A model generated the notes under the pieces. The model ran no database searches. It worked only from the letters and a program-made list of their open reading frames with translations, and was not told the DNA's origin. DNA of 55,844 nucleotides from a virus. Its lineage: Duplodnaviria; Heunggongvirae; Uroviricota; Caudoviricetes. Shown here in pieces: positions 1 through 10,200 of this stretch. The translations under genes and the position numbers were made by a program. The DNA is taken from the IMG/VR virus record IMGVR_UViG_3300043119_000318; one strand, written 5' to 3'. Each line of letters opens with the position of its first letter. The stretch's first letter is position 1.

Positions 1-1
1 T

Positions 2-436
2 CATGTACTTGTTATCATAAACTCCAAGCACGCATGGGTTTAGGGCAGCAGTTACTGCTGTATGCCCATTGCTTCCAGTAATAGTTTCTCCAGGAAGAAA
101 AGTTCCTGTTACATTTCTAACAAGAATGGTAGTTCCAGAAGATACTCTATTGATTTCAGCGACAACTTCAGCAGTAGCTCCAGAGGTAGAACCTGTAACA
201 AACTCTGCTATACTCCATGTGTTCGCATTAGGTGTTGTGATGTTAATGACAGAAGCCGTGATCATGCTCTTCAAGTACACTTTCTCAACACCTTCTGGGT
301 GATACAGTTTCCAGTACTCTAGAGCTTCATCTACGCGATCTTCGATTTGATCTACATCAATATTGATTTCAAGAACAGGAGCACCTAGAGCTCTTAGACA
401 ATAATCTATAAGTTGTTGTTTAGTTGCTACTGCCAT
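2..436 (-). CDS. gp13: Neck protein gp13, 5' part; runs off the left edge; not in the ORF track
   Basis: Manual translation from ATG at 434-436: MAVATKQQLIDYCLRALGAPVLEINIDVDQIEDRVDEALEYWKLYHPEGVEKVYLK, the typical T4-like gp13 N-terminus. The frame stays open to the window edge. Confidence 0.9.
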   Translation of the reverse strand, partial: MAVATKQQLIDYCLRALGAPVLEINIDVDQIEDRVDEALEYWKLYHPEGVEKVYLKSMITASVINITTPNANTWSIAEFVTGSTSGATAEVVAEINRVSSGTTILVRNVTGTFLPGETITGSNGHTAVTAALNPCVLGVYDNKYM

Positions 437-454
437 TTTATTCCCTATTGATTC

Positions 455-1165
455 TTATTTGTATTGCACATCAAACCAGCAGTCAGCAGAACCAATAGTA
501 AGAGTTGGACCTGTGCTAGAGTTAGCAACTGTAATGCCAGTAGAAAAGAATCTACCGTATCGAGTTAAGTCTAAGATAAAGTTACTTGATGCTGGAACAG
601 TAAATATAATTACAGGAACCGCAGCGTTGGCAGGCAAAGAAGTAGTATTATGCACCTGAATAAATTGAGCAGATGCTTTGGAATTATATCCATTTATCTC
701 GTATAAAGTACCAGCAGATGCTTTAACTACCAAGCTAGTCGCATAAGCAGTAGTTGTTGCATTAGTTGGCGCAAAAGCTGCTGTTGATTGGGGTATTGCT
801 GCTGTCTGAACGATGTCATCAGTTGCGATAGTAACACGCTGAGTACCAGTTGCTCTTACACCAGTACCCATGTTAATTGCTACACCACCCAGCTGGACTA
901 GGTTAGTTAATGTCGCTAGAGATGCTAAAGAAACTGGAATTGTATCAACAGCGGCAGAGCCGCTTGAAAGTCGAACAAATACAGGAGTAGCAACTGGCGC
1001 GTCGACTGTCAATGAGCCAGCGTTATCCGAGATAGGAACTACTGTTTGGTCAGTTGCTAGAGTAACACGTTGTGTTCCGGCATCTTTATTACCAGCATTT
1101 ACAGAAACTGCTGTTCCAGCAATCTTCGTTAAATTATTTGTTGGGTTAGATGAACCTTGTGCCAT
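455..1165 (-). CDS. Putative virion structural/decoration protein, 236 aa
   Basis: Ala/Thr/Val-rich beta-type composition, internal repeat GTQRVT(L/I)ATD twice, tightly packed in the late operon. Confidence 0.6.
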   Translation of the reverse strand: MAQGSSNPTNNLTKIAGTAVSVNAGNKDAGTQRVTLATDQTVVPISDNAGSLTVDAPVATPVFVRLSSGSAAVDTIPVSLASLATLTNLVQLGGVAINMGTGVRATGTQRVTIATDDIVQTAAIPQSTAAFAPTNATTTAYATSLVVKASAGTLYEINGYNSKASAQFIQVHNTTSLPANAAVPVIIFTVPASSNFILDLTRYGRFFSTGITVANSSTGPTLTIGSADCWFDVQYK

Positions 1166-1166
1166 G

Positions 1167-1496
1167 TTATGCTACCTCTACACCGAATATTGTGAATGAA
1201 AAGTTTGCTGTGCTTGCATAAACACGAACTTTATCTGTAGTTGCTAATGTCATACCAATAGTAGCAATGAACGTAGAGTTTGCATCAATAGCTTGATCAT
1301 AGAACATATATTGTGATGTTGCATCTGCTGCACCAGCTGCAGCTACGGAAATTCTGAAAGTTGCTGCTGTTGCTGCTCTATTACAAACAACAATGGAACT
1401 TACGGTAGAGCTTCTGCTTGCAGGAACAGTATAAAGATCAGTGACTGTGGTAGCTGCTGGGGAAAGTTGACCCAAGATTTTTAGTGTATCTGCCAT
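1167..1496 (-). CDS. Putative virion structural protein, 109 aa
   Basis: 1-nt spacing to neighbours; composition and context of small beta-sandwich virion proteins. Confidence 0.6.
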   Translation of the reverse strand: MADTLKILGQLSPAATTVTDLYTVPASRSSTVSSIVVCNRAATAATFRISVAAAGAADATSQYMFYDQAIDANSTFIATIGMTLATTDKVRVYASTANFSFTIFGVEVA

Positions 1497-1497
1497 T

Positions 1498-1701
1498 TTA
1501 TGCTCCCATCAACATGAATTGTCTGGCGAATGCGGATGGAGCTTTATCGTCAGAAGTGAATACTTTAACTACGTTAGATGAATTCTTGAAGTATAATTTT
1601 TCATCTACATAGTTGATGGCTAGTTCGCCATATGATAAGTCAGTGGTCAACGGAACTTTGTCCGCAACGGAAGACTTTTTAAGTGTGATTATATTTGCCA
1701 T
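1498..1701 (-). CDS. Small fibre-associated protein, 67 aa
   Basis: Motif LKKSSVADKVP...GELAINY.DEKLYFKN resembles phage fibre N-terminal adaptor segments; RBS AAAGG upstream. Confidence 0.55.
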   Translation of the reverse strand: MANIITLKKSSVADKVPLTTDLSYGELAINYVDEKLYFKNSSNVVKVFTSDDKAPSAFARQFMLMGA

Positions 1702-1748
1702 TCGTTACCTTTAATAAAAGATGTTTAAGAGTAATAACTCTAATGTAT

Positions 1749-2795
1749 TTAGTATGTTCCGCCGTCAACGGTGACAGAATCTAAAGTGGTTGCTGAAAGA
1801 ACTGTATTACTGTTCATTTTTATTGATTTACCAGAAGCTAAGTTAATATGTTCACTAGAAGTCCATGCCGCAGTAGAATTCACCCAATTGAATGTCTTGT
1901 CAGTGGCTCCTTTTAACGTGATGCCGCCGCCGTCGGCTGTAGTATCTGTTGGGCTTGCGACTGAACCAAGTTCAATATTTTTATCATCAACGGTTAAAGT
2001 CGTCGAGTTAACAGTGACGGTTGTACCATTAACAGTTAGGTCACCAGCGATTGTTACATCCCCGTTGGCATCAACGCTAAACTTAGTTCCACCGACTACC
2101 GTATATGTAGCATTAGTGTTAGCGTTTGTGATCGCCGCTGTGGTCATCGATGTATCAGAAGCGATTGCAGAAATAGCAACCGTTTGACCACCGATAGTGA
2201 TTGTGTCGCCGACGTTAAACGATCTAGTGAAGAACGTTCCTACACCAGTAACAGTAGTTCCAAGAGCAGAATTAGATACAGTTCCAATTCCAGCAGTTGG
2301 TTGTATTAATGCTATTCTATTGGTTCTTATGTAAAGTGGTGGATCGTTAACGAAAGTCAATCCCAATGTTCCATTGGTGACACCACCACCAAGGTGGTTT
2401 GGAGCACTAGTGCTAGAGCTTCCGGCAGTCGTGACTTCATAAAATCTAATGAATGGCTTTACAGTTCCGGTACCTGTGCCGGCAGCAGTAGCAGTAAATA
2501 TCGTGCCGGCAGTGCTAGAAGTGGCTCCGATCAGAGTGAAGTCTGTATTTCCGCTAACAACGATAGTGTATGTTTTACCTACTTGTATCGTTGTCGCCGC
2601 TGCAGCTGAATCTGCAGTAGCAGAAGATTCTAGAACATATAATATTCTACCTGTCGTGTATGCGGTAGATGCTTTCCAAGGATCAGCATAACTCACATCA
2701 GCTAAAATATCCGCATTCAGAGAAGCAAAGTTATTATCTATCTGCGTGTTAGATAATCCACCAGTTGTATTTGATCTAAGGGTTAATGATGCCAT
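1749..2795 (-). CDS. Tail fibre-like protein, 348 aa
   Basis: N-terminus (LTLR...LSNTQIDNNFASL) parallels the 842-aa fibre. It also has fibre-shaft segments (GDLTVNGTTVTVNSTTLTVDDKNIELG) and shared small modules. Confidence 0.7.
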   Translation of the reverse strand: MASLTLRSNTTGGLSNTQIDNNFASLNADILADVSYADPWKASTAYTTGRILYVLESSATADSAAAATTIQVGKTYTIVVSGNTDFTLIGATSSTAGTIFTATAAGTGTGTVKPFIRFYEVTTAGSSSTSAPNHLGGGVTNGTLGLTFVNDPPLYIRTNRIALIQPTAGIGTVSNSALGTTVTGVGTFFTRSFNVGDTITIGGQTVAISAIASDTSMTTAAITNANTNATYTVVGGTKFSVDANGDVTIAGDLTVNGTTVTVNSTTLTVDDKNIELGSVASPTDTTADGGGITLKGATDKTFNWVNSTAAWTSSEHINLASGKSIKMNSNTVLSATTLDSVTVDGGTY

Positions 2796-2861
2796 TTTTC
2801 TTCTTTGGTTAGATATTTATTATTTAGGCGGATATTATATGTTGACTGATCATTCGTTGTG

Positions 2862-4466
2862 TCAAAAATCGCCACTGATACCACCTGTTGGTCCGTCAGT
2901 TGCTTCGTAAACGTTTTTCTCTTCATTAATTATCGGGTCGATTACTGGTCCAGGGGGGAAAATTATACTTGGATTTGAGACAGCACTTAAATTGCCAGTT
3001 TGATCTGTTATATCATAAACTGGGGCGCCATAAACTTTAATCCAAGAATTCGTTCCTCGCACAAAAATAGAGTTAGCTGGCGCGTAATAAATTTGTTTAT
3101 TCGTATCCATCTGCGCAACACTTATTTTTGCTGATTCGCGCCAACCTTGCTCAGTCTTAACTTTTATTTTACTTGAAAATGTTGAGTTAAACCAAGCATA
3201 ACCAGGTCCACCTGGAGTTGCCGGTGCGGTGCTGGTCTTCATGCCGGCGCCACCGACGCCATACTGATACACTGGGTCCCACGACGGTGGTGCCCAATCT
3301 GTTGTTACTCCATAACCAGAAATGATACCAGATGTACCTGGACTGCCGCTAGAGGCACCAACATCTCGAGTTCCGGCAGCTTCTTGCGATGTTCCGGCAG
3401 CAGAAACACCACCATCACCACCAATCAATCCTCCGCCTCCGCCACCAGCACCGCCACCATCATATTTGTTAAGTTGACCAGCGCCTCCTCTACCTGGAAA
3501 TACATTTGTCGTCGTTCTAAGATTATTGGGTGATCTTGATGTTAAGATAACAGAATTACCGTTACTGATTTTAAATGCTAGACCTTCAGGTAGAGCTTGA
3601 TTGCCTGAATAAATACGAACAATATACCATCCAGCAGTGGCTATTGTTAATGTTTTGGAAGTTGGGTTAGGATTACCACTGGCTACTCTGATAAAAGCAG
3701 TAGAACCAGACACAATTATACCGGTATTGGTTGGAGTAAACGCATTCAATCCATCTATGCTAAAATCCGCATAGGTAATGCCAGTGTGTACATATGTTTC
3801 TAAATCTACTGTATACGTTCCAGCATCCAAAAATACATCATACGTAAGCGTGATCGTATTTCCAACGTTTTCATTTCCAACAAAATTTTCACTATCCCAA
3901 ACACCATAAGTTCGCAGAAACGTAGAACCACCGAAACTTAAATTAGAGACTGGGTAATATTTGTTTATTATTTTAGATGAATCTATATTAGTATATGGTG
4001 AGATAGTATATCCTCCGCTAAGGGCACCAGCACCACCACCGCCGCCACCACCGCCAGCAACAGCTATAGCAATTTTTTGCGAATTCACGATTTTGTATAT
4101 CACTGTCGCGCCGCCACCACCACCTCCGGCGCCGCTGGTTCCGAACCAGCCTGCTTGACCACCCATACCACCAGAAAAACCATCAAGTGATCTACCTCCG
4201 TCGCCGCGACCAAACCATTTACGCCCCCACTGTCCTGCACCACCACCGCCGCCGACAGCCACGTATACTGATTCATTTTTAGGTAAGATCAAATAACCAC
4301 TTAATATAGAACCAGCTTGACCATCACCGCCAGCTCGTACCTGTTTATATACGTCGTAGCCGCCGCCACCTCCGCCGCCGCCTCTAATGATGTACTGAAA
4401 TTTGCAGTCTTCTTGTGCAGTTATGCAGTAATTCTTAAAATAATCGTAAGCTAGTGATGACGGCAT
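2862..4466 (-). CDS. Glycine-rich fibre/receptor-binding-like protein, about 534 aa
   Basis: Several poly-Gly tracts flank a central domain. Start moved from 4484 to the ATG at 4464-4466, which lies just downstream of the upstream stop. Confidence 0.6.
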   Translation of the reverse strand: MPSSLAYDYFKNYCITAQEDCKFQYIIRGGGGGGGGYDVYKQVRAGGDGQAGSILSGYLILPKNESVYVAVGGGGGAGQWGRKWFGRGDGGRSLDGFSGGMGGQAGWFGTSGAGGGGGGATVIYKIVNSQKIAIAVAGGGGGGGGAGALSGGYTISPYTNIDSSKIINKYYPVSNLSFGGSTFLRTYGVWDSENFVGNENVGNTITLTYDVFLDAGTYTVDLETYVHTGITYADFSIDGLNAFTPTNTGIIVSGSTAFIRVASGNPNPTSKTLTIATAGWYIVRIYSGNQALPEGLAFKISNGNSVILTSRSPNNLRTTTNVFPGRGGAGQLNKYDGGGAGGGGGGLIGGDGGVSAAGTSQEAAGTRDVGASSGSPGTSGIISGYGVTTDWAPPSWDPVYQYGVGGAGMKTSTAPATPGGPGYAWFNSTFSSKIKVKTEQGWRESAKISVAQMDTNKQIYYAPANSIFVRGTNSWIKVYGAPVYDITDQTGNLSAVSNPSIIFPPGPVIDPIINEEKNVYEATDGPTGGISGDF

Positions 4467-4468
4467 AA

Positions 4469-6997
4469 TTATATAACAATCCAAATGTCCCCAACGACAG
4501 CGTCTGTTGGTGCTGTCGATTGAACGTATTTCTTAGAACCACCCCACTTAGTTGCATTAGCTGCAGTTCCTGTTGTATCTTGATTGAACGTTGGTGCTGT
4601 GCCGGTCAATTCAGAATAAGCATAGCTAGGTTTAGTTCCAGTTAGCTCAGAATAAGCATAGCTAGGTTTAGTGCCACCTATTTCATCATAATTATAGCTA
4701 GGTTTAATTGATGCCTTAGCCCACGCATAAACATCAGAAGCCAGAGCAGAAGTTGGGATAGGAATATTAATATCTGCACCACCGTCAAAAGAAACCCCAT
4801 TGATTGTTCTAGCAGTGGCTAGTTTAGTTGCAGTAGCTGCGTTACCCGTTGTGTTTTGATTGAACGTTGGTGGCGAGCCGGTCAATTCAGAATAAGCATA
4901 GCTAGGTTTAGTTGATGCCTTTGCCCACTCGTAAACATCAGATGCTATTGCAGAAGTTGGAATAGAAATAGTAATATCTTGAGTACCATCAAACGCAACA
5001 TTATTGATTTTTCTAGCAGTAGCTAGTTTAGTTGCAGTAGCTGCGTTACCTGATGAAGAAGAAGCAGTAGCTGCATTACCAGTGATATTGATTGCCCAGT
5101 CACCAGAAGCACCAGTACCTGTCTTAGATGGAGCATAGTCGGTGTAGTTACCTGAGTGTAGAATTTTACTCCAACTCATCGCTCCATCACCATTAGTAGA
5201 TCTGTAATACAAACTCTGACTATAATAGTCAGCAGAAAACTGCATAGAGTAATAATTATCTGGATCACTATGTGTGGAAGAAAGTAAGTGGTAATAAGAG
5301 GTTCCTCCGCCACTATTAGGTCCACCAACTGGCCAACCATTTTCTACTGTTGGATTTGCAGTATGCCAGAAACCAGAATCTAATCTATCCTTAATGTTAG
5401 ATTTACTAGCTCCGGTGAACCCGCTTTGTGACTGTGCCACTCTTCCAGTTAAAACACCACCAGATAATGATAGTTTAGTATCATCTGCAATAGTGATATT
5501 TGCAGTACCATTAAAAGCAACACCATTGATTGTTCTTGAATTGGTTAATTGAGAAGCAGAACCTGCGGTGCCTGCAGAACCTGCAGAACCTGTGATACTG
5601 ATTGGCCAGCTACCAGTAGCACCAGTACCGTCTTTTTGCGGAGCATAGTCGTTGTAGTTAGTGCTGCTTAATAACTTAGCCCAAGTGCCCCAAGTATTTA
5701 CAGTTCCGCTGCGAATATGAAGATTGTTGTTATCAGTGAATCCTAGCTGATGCGCTTTACCACCAGTCCAGTCATCATCATTACCGTACTTACGAAAAGT
5801 CATTTCACCAAAAAAAGATCCCCCATCAGTTAGAGTCTCTTTTTCGTTGGCTTTAAAATCAAAAAATACACCGGTATTAATGAATGAATTTGGTGTAGTG
5901 GTTACGTTCCTAGTATCAGAAACTTTAGCTTTTGCTGAAGTAGCAGCCTCGCCGGATATTGCAATATCCCATGTACCTGAAGGTGCTGCACTGGTCCATA
6001 TAGTACCGTTACTAATTAAGATGTTTTTATTAGCTCCTGGTGCAGTAAGACCAGTTCCGCCTTGCGCCGTAGATAATGCAGTAGTCAGCCCAGTGAGAGA
6101 AGTGATATCAGAATTAACTCCACGTTTTGCTAAATCTAAAGCCTCGCGAGCATCTGCTATAGTAGTTCTTCCAGTGCCGCCGTTAGCAATAGCAACGACT
6201 CCGCTCACGTTGGATGCATTTCCACTAATATTAGAATCTATGTATGCTACTTGTCTAGTAGCGCTAGCTACTCTATTATATAATCCAGTAGAAGTACTCC
6301 ATAGATCTCCGTTGATTGGATTGGATGGAGCAACACCAGGCAGAATATTAAAAGATGCTAGATCTGTTGTGGATGCTTTGTTTGTTAACTTACCAGTGGA
6401 AACTACAGCAGCTTTACCTGTGCCGCTTCCAGGACCAGTAGCAATAAAAGTTGCACCAACTACAACCGAAGAAGCCCCAATAGAAGCCCAATTTGTAGTT
6501 CCAATTTCTAAAATTATATAAGTTAAATCAACAATAAAATTACCGGCAGTAACTATATTATTTATTGGTAACTTGGTTTTATCTACAATAGTTACATTAG
6601 AAGAACCATCAAAAGGAACTCCATTGATTGTTATCGCATTAGTTAATTTATTTGCTTGGTCTGCTGTTCCAGAAGTAGTAGACTTACCAGTTAAGCTAGC
6701 TGTAATGACATTTGCAGAAAAGTTTCCGTTACCATCTCTTAAAGCGATAGATGCCGTTCCTGCTGAATATGCTGTGCTTGGTGCTGCGCCTTGTAGATAG
6801 GCTACATCCAATCCGGATCCAGCACCTTTGCTGCCAGAAGGTGCCCCATTTAATCTGCTTAGAATCGTAACATATGTGTAATCAGTTACAGCTAATCGCA
6901 AATTAACCTGATCTTGCAAATACGTGAAGTTTGCATCTAACTCTATGTTAGATAATGGAGTTGTTCTACCTGGAGCAGTTCTTAGTGTTAATGCCAT
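4469..6997 (-). CDS. Long tail fibre protein, 842 aa
   Basis: Four A(N/S/T)KL.T.R.INGV.FDG..(D/N)ITI fibre repeats, TKPSYAYSELTG repeats and the C-terminal SAPT...GDIWI motif. Confidence 0.8.
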   Translation of the reverse strand: MALTLRTAPGRTTPLSNIELDANFTYLQDQVNLRLAVTDYTYVTILSRLNGAPSGSKGAGSGLDVAYLQGAAPSTAYSAGTASIALRDGNGNFSANVITASLTGKSTTSGTADQANKLTNAITINGVPFDGSSNVTIVDKTKLPINNIVTAGNFIVDLTYIILEIGTTNWASIGASSVVVGATFIATGPGSGTGKAAVVSTGKLTNKASTTDLASFNILPGVAPSNPINGDLWSTSTGLYNRVASATRQVAYIDSNISGNASNVSGVVAIANGGTGRTTIADAREALDLAKRGVNSDITSLTGLTTALSTAQGGTGLTAPGANKNILISNGTIWTSAAPSGTWDIAISGEAATSAKAKVSDTRNVTTTPNSFINTGVFFDFKANEKETLTDGGSFFGEMTFRKYGNDDDWTGGKAHQLGFTDNNNLHIRSGTVNTWGTWAKLLSSTNYNDYAPQKDGTGATGSWPISITGSAGSAGTAGSASQLTNSRTINGVAFNGTANITIADDTKLSLSGGVLTGRVAQSQSGFTGASKSNIKDRLDSGFWHTANPTVENGWPVGGPNSGGGTSYYHLLSSTHSDPDNYYSMQFSADYYSQSLYYRSTNGDGAMSWSKILHSGNYTDYAPSKTGTGASGDWAINITGNAATASSSSGNAATATKLATARKINNVAFDGTQDITISIPTSAIASDVYEWAKASTKPSYAYSELTGSPPTFNQNTTGNAATATKLATARTINGVSFDGGADINIPIPTSALASDVYAWAKASIKPSYNYDEIGGTKPSYAYSELTGTKPSYAYSELTGTAPTFNQDTTGTAANATKWGGSKKYVQSTAPTDAVVGDIWIVI
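4560..5060. repeat. Imperfect direct DNA repeats in the fibre gene C-terminal region
   Basis: cagaataagcatagctaggtttag occurs three times (about 4610, 4648, 4886); gctagtttagttgcagtagctgcgttacc occurs twice (about 4817, 5022). Confidence 0.85.
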
Positions 6998-7000
6998 TTC

Positions 7001-7222
7001 TTACCTTTTAATCAATGCTTCTAACATTTGTTTAATCTCGGCTATATCACTCTTCATATTTTGCATTTCATTTTGCATATTAATATGATCAGCCTCTTTT
7101 TGAAGAACAAGATTTTTTCTTTTAACATGTTCATTATAAGACTTGTTATCAGTATTTATAATTGCATTAGTCTCCATATCTCTAAGGAGACTAATGTGAT
7201 TTTCAACTTTAACGAATTTCAT
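7001..7222 (-). CDS. Small conserved hypothetical protein, 73 aa, coiled-coil C-terminus
   Basis: ATG at 7220-7222 lies 1 nt after the upstream stop. The pattern MKFVKVENH..L.RD..T.AIINTD is familiar downstream of this large virion gene in T4-like phages. Confidence 0.7.
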   Translation of the reverse strand: MKFVKVENHISLLRDMETNAIINTDNKSYNEHVKRKNLVLQKEADHINMQNEMQNMKSDIAEIKQMLEALIKR

Positions 7223-7223
7223 A

Positions 7224-10200
7224 TTAAGCAAGAGCAATAATTCTAAGATCTTTGAGTCTTGGAATTTTCGTAGAATCTGTAGATGTCATAGTTATTTTAA
7301 TTGTGATAGCATCAAATTCTGGCAGATCGGTAACTTCAATATCATTTTCTGCAAAAGCTCCAGTGTTAGATTTTAAACCAGCTGGAGTTTGCTCTTGCGC
7401 GGTTTGATATTCTGTGAAGTTAAAATCTGTTTCAGTTCCTGCTGGATTTAATTTATAATAAACTCCGACGTTTGCTTCTAGAGGAATATCCGCATCAAAA
7501 ATAACCTTAAACGAAGTACAAGGATTTGCAAATCTCATCTTTCTAGTTACATATTTATTGATAGTTGATGCGCCAACTGGAGTTTTCTCTGTAAAATATC
7601 TATCCAATACTTTAATAATAACAGCAACTGTTCCTGCTTTAGTAGTTAGAACAGAATCTACTGTGAAAGACTTACCCTCTACATCAACGTCGTCAACTAA
7701 GTACGTAGTATATGTGGTTCCGCCGTTAATACTAATTCTAATATATTGACCAGAAACGATATTCTTAATATTATCATACAAAGCAGAATCAGACACGACA
7801 GCAGTTTTGGTGCCGTCGAATACGATTCCTTGTTCGTCATCTACGACTGTAACATAATCAATAGGATCAATATTCATAGAAGAAGATGGATTATTGATTT
7901 TATTAGATACTGTTGTAACCGCAACGTTTTCCACGTTAATGATTGGAGATAAATCAGGATTTGTTGTCATTAGTTCTACATTAATGATAGCAGAGTTTCT
8001 TAGAGTAGAAATATTAGATAAATTCAAACCATAGTTAACAGCATTCTCATTAGAAGCCATACACATAGGAACTGGCATGTAATTATCTGATCCTGGTGTG
8101 ATTGCAAAGGTATTGATATATGGCAATCCTGCTTCAGTGAATGTTTGATATGGAGTTTGAGTTCCGTCTACAGTTCTTCCGGTCAACCCTTGATATGTAA
8201 TAATGCTACTAGTTCCAGTGTAATTCTCAATGTTGATGGCTGGGTTTATTAAATCATAAGGAACATCGCGGGATGCTCTAACGTTATTTCCACCAACATT
8301 TCCTGTATCAGTAGGAATATCACCCACAGAGAATACAACCGCACCAGCAGTAGTAGGAGTTGCGCTCAATACAATAGAACCAGCAGAACCAACCGAAGTT
8401 ATAGAAGCAACTGTTGTATTAGATGCAAATACTCCAGTTCCACTAGTCTTAATTACTGGTTGACCGACAAACATATATCTGGTATCAATATTAGATACTG
8501 TAGTTGATGACGCAGATAACGTGGCTGCTATAGAATCTGTACCCAATGTAATAACATATGAATCTAACTCAACAGAATCAATTATTAGTGGAATATAATT
8601 TCCACTAGAATCCATTTTAAAGATTTCGCTTGGAGACACTCCATTCATCGGATTAATGAATCCAAACTGTTGCGCACTGGTAGAGCTTCCGTAGTTGGAA
8701 GCTGCAACAGATTTAAGAGTTAATTGCGTGTCGCTCTGAATACTTAATACCTCACCAATAATTTTACCATCAGAGCGATAGATAATAGCTCCAGTTTGAA
8801 CCGGATTGCTGGTTGCAAATTTGGTAGATACTCCAGTGATAATAGCTGATGAAGTAGAACTGTAAATAGTACCAACACCGTTTTCAGGAATTCCCTTAAA
8901 TGCAACTACAGATGCAGTATTCATTCCGTGATTGCTGTGCGATACTCTGACTTTTCTAGAACCAGCAGTCATATAAAACGGATCAGTTGATAATTCTTGA
9001 TCTATAATTCTAGAATTTTCAAATGCCACGTTAGCAACTATGTTTGTTTCGAATTGCGCTTTATATAATACGAACTTCAAGTCTATAGATTGTTCTGCTG
9101 TCCAAGTAGAACCGTTTTGAGATTTGAAGAATGATCCCATATAAGGTTGCTTATCAATCTGGGCGCCGTTCTCTTTATCTAAATCTCCCATACGAGCTAC
9201 AAAAACTTCCGGAATATCAGAATCGCTCAATAAAATAATAGCATACTCAGTGTTTCCGTTTAAATACGTTGGCGATGTAAATCTAACATTAGTAGCAACG
9301 CTGGCATCAGTAGAAGTCAAAATCTTAGATGCTGGGATAGTTACTCTTGCTGTGTTGATTACATTCTTACCTGGATATCCATTTACAACTTCTCTAAGTT
9401 GTACAGTGACAGGAACTGTTTCATCTTTCTTAAAGAAGAACAGATCAATACTTGTTACAAAAACTCCATTAGTTTCTGTGATTAAGAATGTTTGCGCCAA
9501 TGGATCATACCAACCTGGATCGTTAGAATAACGAGTTGCAGAAGACATTTCTGAAGCCGATTCTGGCGCCACGTTTTTAGTTGCTAATTCTCCGCTGCGT
9601 ATACGCTGAATTTGATTTTGTCTTTCTTGGAATACACCACTAGCGCTAAATTCTTTGGTGGCAGATGATGTTGAACGTGCACGCTCAAATGTAGAAACAT
9701 CCAATAAAGTTAATTCATTCGTGCCAGTGTTGAATTTAATATAGTCTGTATTTGGAACTTTGAATGTGAAGAACGCAGAACCAGATCTGGATGTTTTGAT
9801 AGCATCTCCAGAGTTAAAGGTTTGGTGTGATACCACAGTTCCGTATGCTTCACTCAAGCTGCCTTTAATTACCTGATTTTCTAGGAATGTTGTTACTGTT
9901 GCAGCTGCTGGATACTTTCTGTTAACTACCCATACTGCAAGTTTTCCAGCATCTGGACCTTCTGTATACTTCTCCCAACCAACAACAATTCCTGTTACTC
10001 CAGTTGGAGTAGTGCCAGTAGAATCATATGCAGTCAATACGTCACCCATAGAAACCGCTAATTCTACAGACTCTCCTGGATATAAGCGAGCAGATTCTGT
10101 ATAATTAGATCCGGCTCTTGATTGCGTATCGAATTCTGATACCTGTCCAGTGACAGCAGTGAAGATGATTCTTTCTGCTGGAGTGCAATATTCTGAAACA

